DNA of 64,000 nt from an uncultured Gammaproteobacteria bacterium (GCA_964401485.1 CAYNYL010000005.1:8158-72157), one strand, 5' to 3'; shown: positions 17,598 to 27,385, counted from the first letter of the stretch. The notes: generated from the sequence alone by a model not told the origin. Made by a program: numbers and translations.

Positions 17598-18545
17598 GTG
17601 TCGTATAATACGAAGGCTATGACACAAAAGTCGCAGATGGAGCAAAAAATTCAGGAGTTTCTCGAATATCTTGAGATCGAGAAGGGGCGTTCAAGTCGAA
17701 CAATCCGCAACTATAAATTTTATCTTGAACGGTTTAGCGAATGGGCGAAGATTTCCGATCCTCGGCAAGTTGACCTTGAGATGATTCGAAATTATCGTCT
17801 CCACCTCAATCGTGATTTTGAAGGGCGAGACGAGGCAAGTCTCAAAAAAACGACGCAAAACTACCACCTTATCGCTCTTCGAAGCTTTCTTAAGTATCTC
17901 GCAAAGCGCGATATTGATACGCTTTCGCCAGAGAAGATTGAACTCGCAAAGCACGACGCTCGGCACATTGAATTCCTGACAATCGAAGAGCTTACAAGAC
18001 TCCGCGAGGCTCCTAAGAAAAAGCTCGGGATTATTCGAAAACGCGATTCGGCCATTATCGAGATGCTCTTCTGTACGGGGCTACGCGTTTCCGAGCTCGC
18101 GAATCTCTATATCGAGCAAGTAAACCTTCGGTTAAAGGAGTTTACTGTATCGGGAAAGGGCTCGAAGTATCGAATTGTGTTCCTTTCCCCCTATGCCCGC
18201 GAGGCGCTCAAGGATTATCTTTCGATGCGAAAAGATACCTCTCCCTACCTATTTATTGGGCATGATAGGGCAAAAGAAGCTCGAGAGCCCCTTCCGATTT
18301 CCCCTCGATCAATTCAGCGGATCATTGATAAATATGCCCGCGAGGCTGGGATTACAAAAAAGATTACCCCACACGTCCTTCGTCATACCTTTGCAACGGA
18401 CCTTTTGCGTAATGGAGCGGATATCCGTGCCGTTCAAGCTCTTCTTGGCCATGAATCAATTACAACTACCCAAGTCTACACGCACGTAACCGATAAACAT
18501 CTCCGCGAAGTCCACGAAGAATTCCACGGGAAGCCACGGACTTGA
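17598..18545 (+). CDS. Tyrosine recombinase, XerC/XerD family
   Basis: C-terminal catalytic motifs LRHTFATDLLRNGADIRAVQALLGHESITTTQVYTHV with the catalytic Tyr. Confidence 0.85.
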   Translation: MSYNTKAMTQKSQMEQKIQEFLEYLEIEKGRSSRTIRNYKFYLERFSEWAKISDPRQVDLEMIRNYRLHLNRDFEGRDEASLKKTTQNYHLIALRSFLKYLAKRDIDTLSPEKIELAKHDARHIEFLTIEELTRLREAPKKKLGIIRKRDSAIIEMLFCTGLRVSELANLYIEQVNLRLKEFTVSGKGSKYRIVFLSPYAREALKDYLSMRKDTSPYLFIGHDRAKEAREPLPISPRSIQRIIDKYAREAGITKKITPHVLRHTFATDLLRNGADIRAVQALLGHESITTTQVYTHVTDKHLREVHEEFHGKPRT

Positions 18546-18596
18546 TTTTTCCCGTAAAACGCGCTATAGTACCTGCGCCGTTGCGAACGTACATAT

Positions 18597-18672
18597 GCGC
18601 CAGTAGCTCAGTGGATAGAGCAAGGGAGTTCTAACCCCTTGGCCATAGGTTCGATTCCTATCTGGCGCACCA
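18597..18672 (+). tRNA. tRNA-Arg (anticodon TCT)
   Basis: Cloverleaf folded by hand: acceptor GCGCCAG/CTGGCGC, D-arm GCTC/GAGC, anticodon loop gtTCTaa, T-arm ATAGG-TTCGATT-CCTAT, and an encoded CCA. Confidence 0.8.
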
Positions 18673-18676
18673 CGAT

Positions 18677-18752
18677 GGCGGCTATGGTGAAATGGTTATC
18701 ACAGGGGTTTGTGGTACCTCTAGTACGGGTTCGATTCCCGTTAGCCGCCCCA
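18677..18752 (+). tRNA. tRNA-His (anticodon GTG) with an encoded G-1
   Basis: Acceptor GCGGCTA/TAGCCGC preceded by an extra G that pairs with discriminator C. Anticodon loop ttGTGgt. T-arm ACGGG-TTCGATT-CCCGT. CCA is present. Confidence 0.8.
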
Positions 18753-18754
18753 TG

Positions 18755-18786
18755 AAAAAATCTCCGGTTTTCCCGGAGGTTTTTCA
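18755..18786 (+). terminator. Rho-independent terminator (CTCCGG-ttttc-CCGGAG followed by a T run)
   Basis: Read directly in the sequence. Confidence 0.6.
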
Positions 18787-18805
18787 TTTATAATAAGAAG
18801 CCCGC

Positions 18806-19267
18806 CTACGAGGAGGCGGGGGTAGGGTTTGAGGCGGACTTCACGCGCTCTATTGCGACGTGGATAAGCCGTACAGCCTGTGGAACGATGCGGTCGGGAA
18901 AGTCCTTGCCCTTGCGAACCGCGAACAAAAGTCGCTCAAGCTCCTCGAGTCGGTCGGTTCTTGCGGTACGAAGGACGACCTCGATTACGACGTGCTCGAG
19001 AACGACCGCGACCGGTAAGTGTATTCGGCGCCCAAGTCGCCGATCATGGAACGCTTGGTAGAAGAAGTACTGTGTTTCGCAAGCGATTCTCGCGACGTAC
19101 GATGGATTAATCGTGCGGTCCGAGAGGCACGTCTTCGCAAGTTCGACAAATCGCTCCTCGCATACCAGTTCATTCGCAACCTGCGTTTTTGGTGGATCAA
19201 GGATGAGGGCGATAAGCTCTTCCGACCAAGAGTAGGCCTCAAGGGTAAAATGGTAATTCGTTGTCAT
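18806..19267 (-). CDS. Hypothetical protein (153 aa)
   Basis: An ORF with a plausible start, convergent with the tRNAs. No family recognised. Confidence 0.45.
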   Translation of the reverse strand: MTTNYHFTLEAYSWSEELIALILDPPKTQVANELVCEERFVELAKTCLSDRTINPSYVARIACETQYFFYQAFHDRRLGRRIHLPVAVVLEHVVIEVVLRTARTDRLEELERLLFAVRKGKDFPDRIVPQAVRLIHVAIERVKSASNPTPASS

Positions 19268-19337
19268 TTATCCCTCCGTGATCTAAGCGTACGTCGCTTT
19301 TCAAATAGGGGCAATCGTGCGAAACTTCATTCATACT

Positions 19338-20129
19338 ATGAAACTATATTCCTGGAATGTCAACGGAATTCGTGCCGCCTTAAGAAAGGGTGATTTTCAG
19401 ACATTTATGAAAACGCATGCCCCCGATATTCTTTGCCTTCAAGAAACAAAGGCGGAGCGCGGGCAGGCCGAGATCGATCTTCCAGACTACGAAGAAATTT
19501 GGAATTCGGCGGATAAGAAGGGCTACGCGGGTACGGCGATTTTTACAAAAGTGAAGCCGATTTCGATCATCTATGATTTACCTGGCGCGGATTCTGAAAA
19601 GCTAACGGATAAATTTGGAAATGCCTTAAAAGAAGGTCGAGTTATCACCGCCGAATTTACGGATTTCTATCTTGTGACGGTTTATACGCCAAACTCAAAG
19701 GGTACAGAGCTTGAGCGTCTCAACTACCGCCACAAGGCTTGGGATCCAGCCTTTCTCGCGCATCTAAAGGATCTCAATGCAAAAAAACCGGTAATCGTTT
19801 GTGGAGATCTAAACGTTGCACATAAAGAAATCGACCTCGCGCGTCCAAAGGATAATCGGCGGAACGCTGGGTTTACCGATGAGGAGCGTGAAGGGATGGA
19901 TAATCTTCTTCGCTCTGGGCTCGTTGATACCTATCGTCACTTCTTTCCTGACAAAGAAGGGGCCTACACTTGGTGGAGTAACTTTAATAAGGCTCGGGAG
20001 CGTAATGTTGGATGGAGAATTGACTATTTCCTTGCAAGCGAGTACATTATGAAACGAGTAACGTCAGCGGAAATTCATGCAGACGTTTACGGCTCCGATC
20101 ATTGCCCGGTTTCAATTGCCCTTACCTAA
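19338..20129 (+). CDS. xth: Exodeoxyribonuclease III (AP endonuclease)
   Basis: MKLYSWNVNGIRA..LCLQETK..GDLNVAH..SDHCPV are EEP-family catalytic motifs. Confidence 0.9.
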   Translation: MKLYSWNVNGIRAALRKGDFQTFMKTHAPDILCLQETKAERGQAEIDLPDYEEIWNSADKKGYAGTAIFTKVKPISIIYDLPGADSEKLTDKFGNALKEGRVITAEFTDFYLVTVYTPNSKGTELERLNYRHKAWDPAFLAHLKDLNAKKPVIVCGDLNVAHKEIDLARPKDNRRNAGFTDEEREGMDNLLRSGLVDTYRHFFPDKEGAYTWWSNFNKARERNVGWRIDYFLASEYIMKRVTSAEIHADVYGSDHCPVSIALT

Positions 20130-20132
20130 ACT

Positions 20133-20951
20133 ATGAACTATCTTCGAATTCTCTTTGCCCTACTCGCCCTTGTGCTCGTTGCGATCATTGGGTTTCTTGT
20201 ATGGAATAATGGTGCGGAAGCGCCAATGCCGATTGATAATGAGCCGGTTGCTGAGGAGCAAGCGGAGAATGTTCGCGTGACAAATCTTGTAAGTAATAGT
20301 GTTGTGACTTCCCCGCTCCTTGTCGAGGGCGAAGCGCGCGTGTTTGAGAATGTTGTTAATTGGCAGGTGCGGGCGCTTGATGAAACGGTCTTGGCGCAGG
20401 GATATTTCATGGCGGATGCTCCAGATATCGGTCAGTTCGGACCATTTAGCGAGGAAATTTTCCTTCCGGTCCTTGAGGAAGAGTCATTTTATCTTGATGT
20501 GTTCGCGTTTTCTGCGAAGGACGGCGAACGAGTCGATATCGTGCGACGACCACTGCGAGTTGAGGGAACGGGAAAAACGAGTGTGAAGGTGTTTTATGGC
20601 GATACGGATCAAATCGTAGCGGGTGACTGTACCGCGGTCGATTTTGAGAAGCGAACGGTCCATGCGACGGTAGCGACGGCGAAGTTGGCACTTACGGAGC
20701 TCATTCGTGGAAAAGTGCCTGCCTGGGCGACGAGCGAGATTCCGGAGGGTACGGGAATTAACTCGATCACGATTAAGGATGGTGTTGCGAAGGTTGATTT
20801 CAGTTCCTATTACGTACAGGGCTGGAGCGGAGGTTCTTGTAAGGTCTCTGTTTTACGGGCCCAAATCGAAGAAACACTCAAGCAATTTGAGACCGTTGAT
20901 ACCGTCGAAATAACGGTAAACGGCGAGGCGGAATCAATTCTTCAACCGTAA
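20133..20951 (+). CDS. Secreted GerMN-domain and Gmad2 Ig-like-domain protein
   Basis: N-terminal signal/TM. VVTSPLLVEGEARVFENVVNWQV is Gmad2-like. The C-terminal region from VKVFYGDTD onward is GerMN-like. Confidence 0.6.
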   Translation: MNYLRILFALLALVLVAIIGFLVWNNGAEAPMPIDNEPVAEEQAENVRVTNLVSNSVVTSPLLVEGEARVFENVVNWQVRALDETVLAQGYFMADAPDIGQFGPFSEEIFLPVLEEESFYLDVFAFSAKDGERVDIVRRPLRVEGTGKTSVKVFYGDTDQIVAGDCTAVDFEKRTVHATVATAKLALTELIRGKVPAWATSEIPEGTGINSITIKDGVAKVDFSSYYVQGWSGGSCKVSVLRAQIEETLKQFETVDTVEITVNGEAESILQP

Positions 20952-20966
20952 TATTTCGCTAAGGAT

Positions 20967-21008
20967 AAACATCCGTTGAGGGTAAAACCTTGACGGATGT
21001 TTGTTTTT
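20967..21008 (+). terminator. Hairpin terminator (AAACATCCGT...ACGGATGTTT followed by a T run)
   Basis: 10-bp perfect stem. Confidence 0.55.
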
Positions 21009-21103
21009 AAGGCATACTCCCCTTCGCTGTCTTGGAAACAAGACACATCAATCGGGCAGTTCCGCCCGTTGAAGATGCCCCTCCCCGGGCAATTGGAGCG
21101 CAC

Positions 21104-21955
21104 ATGCGCAATTCGTCCCTCCGTCTCCTCGCTCTGAACAACATCGGTCCGCAGGGCCACAAGCAGGTGGACGTCGCCAACACGACCCTCTTCCTCTACG
21201 ACACGACGAGCGGCCAGTTCTGCATCTCGATGGACCGCCGGATCCAGACCGACCTTCCCGAGGGCTACCTGGTCGTCGTCGGTGCGGTGGCCGACGAGAA
21301 CAAGATCATCGCCGGCGTCGACGCCCGTCTGAAGTTCGACGACAAGGTCGCTTCGGACATGGGTGACGCGCTGACCGAGACCTACAGCGGCATGATCAAC
21401 CTCGACACCGCGGCGATCGACACGAAGCTCGACACGAAGCTCGTGCGCCTCGAGCGCGACGGCGACACGTGGAAGTACACGGTGAACGATGCCTTCCGCT
21501 CCTTCGAGGTCGACCGTGACGGCAAGTTCGGCCTCATCGACCAGAACGGCGGGCTGTCCTACGACATCTCGTTCAAGAAGATGCTCGATCTGGTGGGTGG
21601 CAAGGACGTGTTCAAGCCGAAGGTGACCTTCGCGGCGGGTTCGCGCCTCATCCCCGGCGTCCCGGGCACCAAGTTCGGCGTCTACGATCCGAACACGACG
21701 TTGACGCACTACCTCGACTACGAGGGCAACTTCATCTCCGGTGAGGCCGCCGTCATCCCCGTCAGGGCGAAGGACGGGGACGGCTACGCCACGGTCTCCC
21801 GGGACAAGGACGGTGCGGTGTCGATGATCGGGAAGATCGCCGACATCTCGGAGGTCTTCGAGGTCGGCGGGGACTTCTATCAGAAGCTCACCGCCGCCGC
21901 CAACATGGCCGGGGACGCCCACAAGGCGCCCGCCAACATGGTGAACGCCAAGTAG
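21104..21955 (+). CDS. Hypothetical 283-aa protein in a GC-rich, GC3-biased islet (about 63% GC)
   Basis: GGAG lies 5 nt upstream of the ATG (MRNSSLRLL...). Nearly every codon ends in G/C (gac, ggc, ctc, acg), unlike the flanking genes. The antisense 409-aa ORF is low-complexity (HRHR, GGGG), as expected for a high-GC antisense frame. Terminators flank the gene on both sides. Confidence 0.65.
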   Translation: MRNSSLRLLALNNIGPQGHKQVDVANTTLFLYDTTSGQFCISMDRRIQTDLPEGYLVVVGAVADENKIIAGVDARLKFDDKVASDMGDALTETYSGMINLDTAAIDTKLDTKLVRLERDGDTWKYTVNDAFRSFEVDRDGKFGLIDQNGGLSYDISFKKMLDLVGGKDVFKPKVTFAAGSRLIPGVPGTKFGVYDPNTTLTHYLDYEGNFISGEAAVIPVRAKDGDGYATVSRDKDGAVSMIGKIADISEVFEVGGDFYQKLTAAANMAGDAHKAPANMVNAK

Positions 21956-22067
21956 CGCCAACCGTTCCTCCCTCCTGCCCGTGCCTTCGAAGCAGTAGAG
22001 GGAGAGTTGCCGATCCGGATGAGCTGGATCTGGTGACAGTCTACCGCAAGGGGTACTCCCCGCGCGG

Positions 22068-22116
22068 GGCGTCGGGTACAGGTATGAAAGCCTGTGCTCG
22101 ACGCCTAATTTTTTTT
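22068..22116 (+). terminator. Rho-independent terminator (GGCGTCG...CGACGCC followed by taattttttttg)
   Basis: Read directly in the sequence. Confidence 0.6.
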
Positions 22117-22153
22117 GCGCGAGTTCCTTTCTTTCTGTACACTCGATGTATCT

Positions 22154-24712
22154 ATGGCACAAAAAAAGCACATGATTTTACTTGATGGAAATGCCCTTCT
22201 TCATCGAGCTTGGCATGCAATTCCCCCCCTTTCGACTCCGCAAGGTACTGTTGTAAACGCAGTTTATGGGTTTGCAAACATTGTTGAGAAAATGTTAGAT
22301 GAAAAAAAGCCTGATGCGGTTGTTGTTGCTTGGGATCTTCCGGGGGGAACATTCCGTGACGAGGTGTTTGAAGACTACAAGGCGCATCGTGAAGAGAAAG
22401 AGCAGGAGCTTTACGATCAAATCCCGATGATTCAGGAGATGCTTGCGAAGTACGGGATTGCGTCTGTTTCGGTTCCTGGGTTTGAAGCGGATGATATTAT
22501 TGGTTCGTACGCAAAGCAATTTGCGAGTAAGGACTGCGAGGTTGAGATTCTGACGGGTGACATGGACAGCATGCAACTCGTCGACGAGCATATTTTTGTG
22601 ACGGCTTTTGTAAAGGGGCTCTCGGAAACTAAAAAGTATGATATTCCCGCCGTGACTCAGCGATACCAACTTGCCCCGTCGCAACTTATCGATCTTAAGA
22701 CACTTATGGGGGATCCTTCGGATAATATCCCTGGACTTAAGGGCGTTGGGAAAAAGACCGCGACGGATCTTCTTCTTGCACATGGGTCGATTAAGGGGAT
22801 TCTTGAGGCGATCGCGCGGGGCGAGGTGAAGCCTTCCGTTGCAAAGAAATTCGAGGATCAGGGGGACCGGATCGAGCAAATGAGAACGCTTGCTACGGTT
22901 GTTACGACAATGAAACTTCCTCTAGGGTTTGACGAGATTCTTCTTAAACCGGTTGATCGCGCTTCCCTCCTGCAGCTCTTTACCGAGTATGGATTTAAGC
23001 GACTCGTGCAAAAGTATCAAGATGAAGTCGCTCCCGCCCCTACGCTAAAGACAAATCTTGAGGAGACGACCCTTGATGCACTTGATCGAGAGATGCTCAT
23101 TCTTCAGATTGAAGAAAAGGCGGCGGATTTGTTTGGTGCCGAGATTGGCGGGCTCGTTCTTTCCGATAGAAAGCGCTTTGTACGGTTTGAACACCCCGAT
23201 CGAGAGACGCTTGACCGCATTCTCGGTGCTCTCAACTCGGCAAAGCTTGTCGTTGGTCATGATCTTAAGCGTTCGATGCATCGTATTGGTGAAATCACGG
23301 CTCCGATTCACGACGTGATGATTGCCGGGTACCTACTCGCATCGCACTTACGTGAGTTTGATCTTCAAAATCTTGTTCGAGAGACCTTGAAGGGTTCACT
23401 TCCCGCGACAATGCTTGAACGTGTTTCCGTTCTCGTGTCGCTTTACGAAAAGCAGGCGTTTCTTCTTGAAGAGGCTGGCATGACAAAACTGTCGCAAACG
23501 CTCGAAATGCCTTTGATGCGTGTACTATTTAAAATGGAGGCGCAAGGAATTCTTGTTGACCGTGGCCACCTTGGGTCGCTTTCTTCGCTTTTTGAAACCC
23601 GCCTACTTGAACTTACCAAGGCAATTCATACGAATGCGAAGAGAGAGTTTAATATTAATTCTCCAAGCCAGCTCGCTGAGGTATTGTTTGTTGATCTAGC
23701 CCTTCCAATCAAGGGAATTAAAAAAACAAAGACCACATTTTCGACCGCCGCTCCGGAACTTGAAAAACTCCAGGGAACACACCCGATCATCGATCTTATC
23801 GGTGAGTACCGCGAGCTTGCGAAACTCAAATCGACCTACGCAGATACGCTCCCGCTTCTTATCGCAGGCGATGGTCGCATCCATACCTCTTACAACCAAA
23901 CAGTTGCAGCAACGGGTCGCCTCTCATCATCTGACCCGAATCTCCAAAATATTCCGATTCGTACCGAACTTGGGATGGAAATTCGTAAAGCATTTGTCGC
24001 TCCACCCGGCTACGTCCTTATTTCCATGGACTATTCGCAGTTCGAGCTTCGACTTGTGGCCTCGATTGCGAAGGATCGGTCATTTATCGATGCCTTTCGT
24101 GGTGGAGAGGATATTCACGCTGTGACCGCGGCGCAAATTCTCGATAAGTCACTCGCGGAGGTAACAAAAGATGAGCGCCGTGCGGCAAAGGCGGTCAATT
24201 TCGGAATTCTGTACGGCATGGGTGTTCGAAATCTTGCTCGGTCAACCGGGCTTTCGCAGGCCGAGGCGAAGGCGTTTCTTGATCGTTACTTTACAATTCA
24301 TAAAGGCATTGTCGAATATATTGAATTAATGAAAGAAACGGCGCACACCCAAGGGTACGTCGAAACACTTTATGGCCGACGCCGCTACTTCCCGGACATC
24401 AACTCGGGTATCGGACAGCTCGTTGCGGCGAGCGAGCGCATGGCGATGAATATGCCAATCCAAGGTACGCAGGCGGATCTCGTAAAGATGGCAATGCTTG
24501 AAGTTGAAAGCTGGATCGAGAAATCTGGTACATCTGTAAAGATGTTGCTTCAGGTTCACGACGAACTTGTGTATGAAGTCCGTGAGGAGGAGGCGGTCGA
24601 GGCAGCTAGGTCGCTTAGGGAGATTATGGAGTCGGTATGGAAGGATGAGGTTCCGCTTATTGTAAACGTGGCCATGGGAAAAACATGGGGTTCAATGGAG
24701 GGTCTGTCGTAG
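22154..24712 (+). CDS. polA: DNA polymerase I
   Basis: N-terminal 5'-3' exonuclease region (LLDGNALLHRAWHA) and C-terminal family A polymerase motifs (RRAAKAVNFGILYGM, QVHDELVYE). Start set at the ATG at 22154 (MAQKKHMILLDG). Confidence 0.9.
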   Translation: MAQKKHMILLDGNALLHRAWHAIPPLSTPQGTVVNAVYGFANIVEKMLDEKKPDAVVVAWDLPGGTFRDEVFEDYKAHREEKEQELYDQIPMIQEMLAKYGIASVSVPGFEADDIIGSYAKQFASKDCEVEILTGDMDSMQLVDEHIFVTAFVKGLSETKKYDIPAVTQRYQLAPSQLIDLKTLMGDPSDNIPGLKGVGKKTATDLLLAHGSIKGILEAIARGEVKPSVAKKFEDQGDRIEQMRTLATVVTTMKLPLGFDEILLKPVDRASLLQLFTEYGFKRLVQKYQDEVAPAPTLKTNLEETTLDALDREMLILQIEEKAADLFGAEIGGLVLSDRKRFVRFEHPDRETLDRILGALNSAKLVVGHDLKRSMHRIGEITAPIHDVMIAGYLLASHLREFDLQNLVRETLKGSLPATMLERVSVLVSLYEKQAFLLEEAGMTKLSQTLEMPLMRVLFKMEAQGILVDRGHLGSLSSLFETRLLELTKAIHTNAKREFNINSPSQLAEVLFVDLALPIKGIKKTKTTFSTAAPELEKLQGTHPIIDLIGEYRELAKLKSTYADTLPLLIAGDGRIHTSYNQTVAATGRLSSSDPNLQNIPIRTELGMEIRKAFVAPPGYVLISMDYSQFELRLVASIAKDRSFIDAFRGGEDIHAVTAAQILDKSLAEVTKDERRAAKAVNFGILYGMGVRNLARSTGLSQAEAKAFLDRYFTIHKGIVEYIELMKETAHTQGYVETLYGRRRYFPDINSGIGQLVAASERMAMNMPIQGTQADLVKMAMLEVESWIEKSGTSVKMLLQVHDELVYEVREEEAVEAARSLREIMESVWKDEVPLIVNVAMGKTWGSMEGLS

Positions 24713-24741
24713 ACAGGCCCTTTTTGATAGGATGAAATCCT

Positions 24742-25716
24742 ATGATCATCTTTGTCTTTGGCGAAGATCCCCTATTTCCGAAGCGGAAGGTTTTAGCGAT
24801 GAAGACGCGGTTCGAGGAAAAGTATGATCCATCGAAACTTAATTCGGTGCATTTCTCGGCAGATGGTTCGGAAATTGCGCTTTCCGAGGTGATATCGGCG
24901 GTGCAGACTCCCCCGTTTCTAGGGGAAAAGCGGTTTGTGGTCGTTGAAGGATTGCTTGATGGGCTTCTTAAGAAAGAGTCTCTCGAGTGGGCCGAGGCTC
25001 TGAGCGTTCCTGAGTCCACGATTCTTATATTTTTGGATGTACTCTCCCCTGAGAAGGCGCGTAAACATCCTCTTTATGTTGCGCTCAAATCGGCCGGGAA
25101 AGAATTGCACGAATATGGATTTGACGCCTCCGACATGGGTGAGCTCTCGACATTCGTTCGAGAGGAGGCTTCGCTTCGAGGGGTTGAGATCGATTCCCAG
25201 GCGGTTCAAACGCTCATAGCGTACTGTGGATCGTCGCCGAGTCGACTTTCTCAGGAGCTCGCGAAGCTTCTCGCCTATGTCGGAAAGGGCAGAATCGATC
25301 GCACTCTCGTTGAGGCACACGTGCAACCGATTCTTGAGGAACAAATGTTTGTGTTTATCGATGCGGTTGCGGATGGCGCTCGAGCCCGAATTCTTCCGCT
25401 ACTTTTCGATCAGCGCAGTGCAGGACTTGAGGATGCACATCTTCTCGCGATGCTTGTTCGTCAATCACGCATTCTTCTTCGTGCGCGCAACGCGCTCGAC
25501 CTTGGGGTTTCCGGGGACGCTGCTATGGCGCGCGAGCTCGGGCTCTCCCCATTCCAGGTTCGTAAAGCCGTCGCGCAAGCAAAGCGATTTAATTCGCTTA
25601 AACTAGCTAAAATACATGCGCTCGCCTTCGATCTTGAGAGTAGAACGAAGCGCGGGAAGATGAATTTTGAAACAGCGGTCGAGCGACTTCTCCTCGCGTG
25701 GACGGCGAATCCTTGA
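24742..25716 (+). CDS. holA: DNA polymerase III delta subunit
   Basis: Length and the N-terminal clamp-loader delta fold (PFLGEKRFVVV). Weak family-level similarity. Confidence 0.65.
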   Translation: MIIFVFGEDPLFPKRKVLAMKTRFEEKYDPSKLNSVHFSADGSEIALSEVISAVQTPPFLGEKRFVVVEGLLDGLLKKESLEWAEALSVPESTILIFLDVLSPEKARKHPLYVALKSAGKELHEYGFDASDMGELSTFVREEASLRGVEIDSQAVQTLIAYCGSSPSRLSQELAKLLAYVGKGRIDRTLVEAHVQPILEEQMFVFIDAVADGARARILPLLFDQRSAGLEDAHLLAMLVRQSRILLRARNALDLGVSGDAAMARELGLSPFQVRKAVAQAKRFNSLKLAKIHALAFDLESRTKRGKMNFETAVERLLLAWTANP

Positions 25717-25787
25717 CAAAAAACCCGATTTTTCGTATCCTCTTCAAGTCTCAACTATTCATTTTCACGCTCGAAAACGAAAAAATT

Positions 25788-26066
25788 ATGCCAAATTTGG
25801 CAAATGCCGTTAAAGCATTACGACAAAATAAGAAACGCGCAGAACGCAATAAGGTTGTTCGTGACGAACTCCATTCTCTTCGCCGACATTTCCGAAAACT
25901 TCTTGAAGACAAGAAGTTCGACGAAGCGCGCAAGATGATGCCAACGATCTACAAGAAAGTAGATAAGTCCGTAACGAAAGGAATCGAAAAGCGTAACGCT
26001 GCCGCTCGAATCAAGAGTCGCCTCGAGGCGGCAATTGTCCGAGAGGAAAAGAAAACAACCGCCTAA
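25788..26066 (+). CDS. rpsT: 30S ribosomal protein S20
   Basis: MPNLANAVKALRQNKKRAERNK...AARIKSRL is canonical S20. The true start is the internal ATG at 25788. Confidence 0.9.
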   Translation: MPNLANAVKALRQNKKRAERNKVVRDELHSLRRHFRKLLEDKKFDEARKMMPTIYKKVDKSVTKGIEKRNAAARIKSRLEAAIVREEKKTTA

Positions 26067-26080
26067 GCGGTTGTTTTCTT
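26054..26080. terminator. Bidirectional hairpin terminator (AACAACCGC-ctaa-GCGGTTGTT)
   Basis: Lies between convergent rpsT and rmuC. Confidence 0.6.
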
Positions 26081-26082
26081 GT

Positions 26083-27198
26083 TTATGGCTCAAGAAGCGG
26101 TTTGTCTATCGAATCAAATTCCTGCAACCCTTCGTCCGCATCCGTAATGCGTAAAATATCCTTTGACACTTTTCCAAGTTCCTTTGTGCTAGCATTGTAG
26201 TGATTTACGACGGTTCCGAGATTTTTGCCAAGTTTATCGTGATAGTCGGCGTACGAATTAAGGTGGCGATGAAGCTCCCCTACCCGCTTAATGATCTCTT
26301 GGGTTGATTTCTCGATTTCAAGTTTTCGAAGTCCCATGAGTACGGTTTGAAGGTAGGCGTAGAAAGAGGTTGGCGAAATAATGATGACTTTCTTCGAAAA
26401 GGCATATTCAACAAGGTTTGCACTGTTGATTCCTGACCCGACTTCTGCATTAAGGAGGTTGTAGTAGACCCCCTCTGCAGGAATGAACATGAAGGCAAAG
26501 TCCATTGTATTTAGATCTGGACGGATATATTTAGATGTCTCGTCGATTCTACGTTTTACGTCGCTTTTAAGCGCTTTTTCATGTGTTTGTCGAGTCTCCA
26601 CATCTTCCGCTTCCATCATGCGGTTATAGTTTTCGAGGGAAAACTTTGCGTCGATAGGAATAAGGAGATTGTCCAAAAAGATCACCGCGTCAGCAATAAG
26701 GGCCTGATCTTCATCGGTTTTACCGATCGTATACTGCATTGCATACATCGTTGGCGACGGCATGACGTTCGAAAGAAGCGTTTCAAGCCAATATTCGCCA
26801 AGAACTCCGCGCTGTTTAGGGTTCTTGAGAATATGTTGGAGTTGTTGAAGCTGACCTGAGAAATCCAGAACTTGCTTATTTGTCTTATCGAGAGCGGTTA
26901 ATCGTTCCGTGACGTCGCGCACAATCCGGGTTGTTTGTTCAAATTGCCTTTGGATTGATGTTTGGGATCGATCAATACCGTCTGTCAACTTCCCTTCTAC
27001 GTGACGGATTTGATCGGTCATTTCGCGTCGCTGTTCGCTTGTAAGCTTGAATAGGTCGTCTTTAAGCTGTTGAAGTTGAATTGTGAGCGTGTTTTGCGAC
27101 TCATTGTCTGTAGTTTTTCCGCGTAATGCCAAATAGATTGATAAAATTGCGAAACTGCCAGTCAGGAGCGCGAGGATTAGAATGAGAATGGGTTCCAT
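26083..27198 (-). CDS. rmuC: DNA recombination protein RmuC
   Basis: N-terminal TM, a long coiled coil, and a C-terminal RmuC nuclease-like domain. Confidence 0.75.
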   Translation of the reverse strand: MEPILILILALLTGSFAILSIYLALRGKTTDNESQNTLTIQLQQLKDDLFKLTSEQRREMTDQIRHVEGKLTDGIDRSQTSIQRQFEQTTRIVRDVTERLTALDKTNKQVLDFSGQLQQLQHILKNPKQRGVLGEYWLETLLSNVMPSPTMYAMQYTIGKTDEDQALIADAVIFLDNLLIPIDAKFSLENYNRMMEAEDVETRQTHEKALKSDVKRRIDETSKYIRPDLNTMDFAFMFIPAEGVYYNLLNAEVGSGINSANLVEYAFSKKVIIISPTSFYAYLQTVLMGLRKLEIEKSTQEIIKRVGELHRHLNSYADYHDKLGKNLGTVVNHYNASTKELGKVSKDILRITDADEGLQEFDSIDKPLLEP

Positions 27199-27308
27199 AG
27201 TGCGTCCATTGTAGCATGAAACGCCGCCCAGGAGGCGTTGCCGAATCGTTTTATGCGTGATAAACTAATGGAGACCGAAATATTTCTCGTTTTACGACAC
27301 AAATATTT

Positions 27309-27385
27309 GGTCCCGTAGCTCAATTGGATAGAGCAGATCCGTCCTAAGGATAAGGTTGCTGGTTCAATTCCGGCCGGGATCACCA
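27309..27385 (+). tRNA. tRNA-Arg (anticodon CCT)
   Basis: Acceptor GGTCCCG/CGGGATC (with a G-U pair), D-arm GCTC/GAGC, anticodon loop gtCCTaa, T-arm GCTGG-TTCAATT-CCGGC, and CCA. Confidence 0.75.

Noticed and set aside
20942-22171. 409-aa ORF on the minus strand
   Set aside because: It is antisense to the GC-rich 283-aa gene. The composition is low-complexity (HRHR, GGGG, VRRV), typical of a spurious high-GC antisense frame. It would also run through both flanking terminators.
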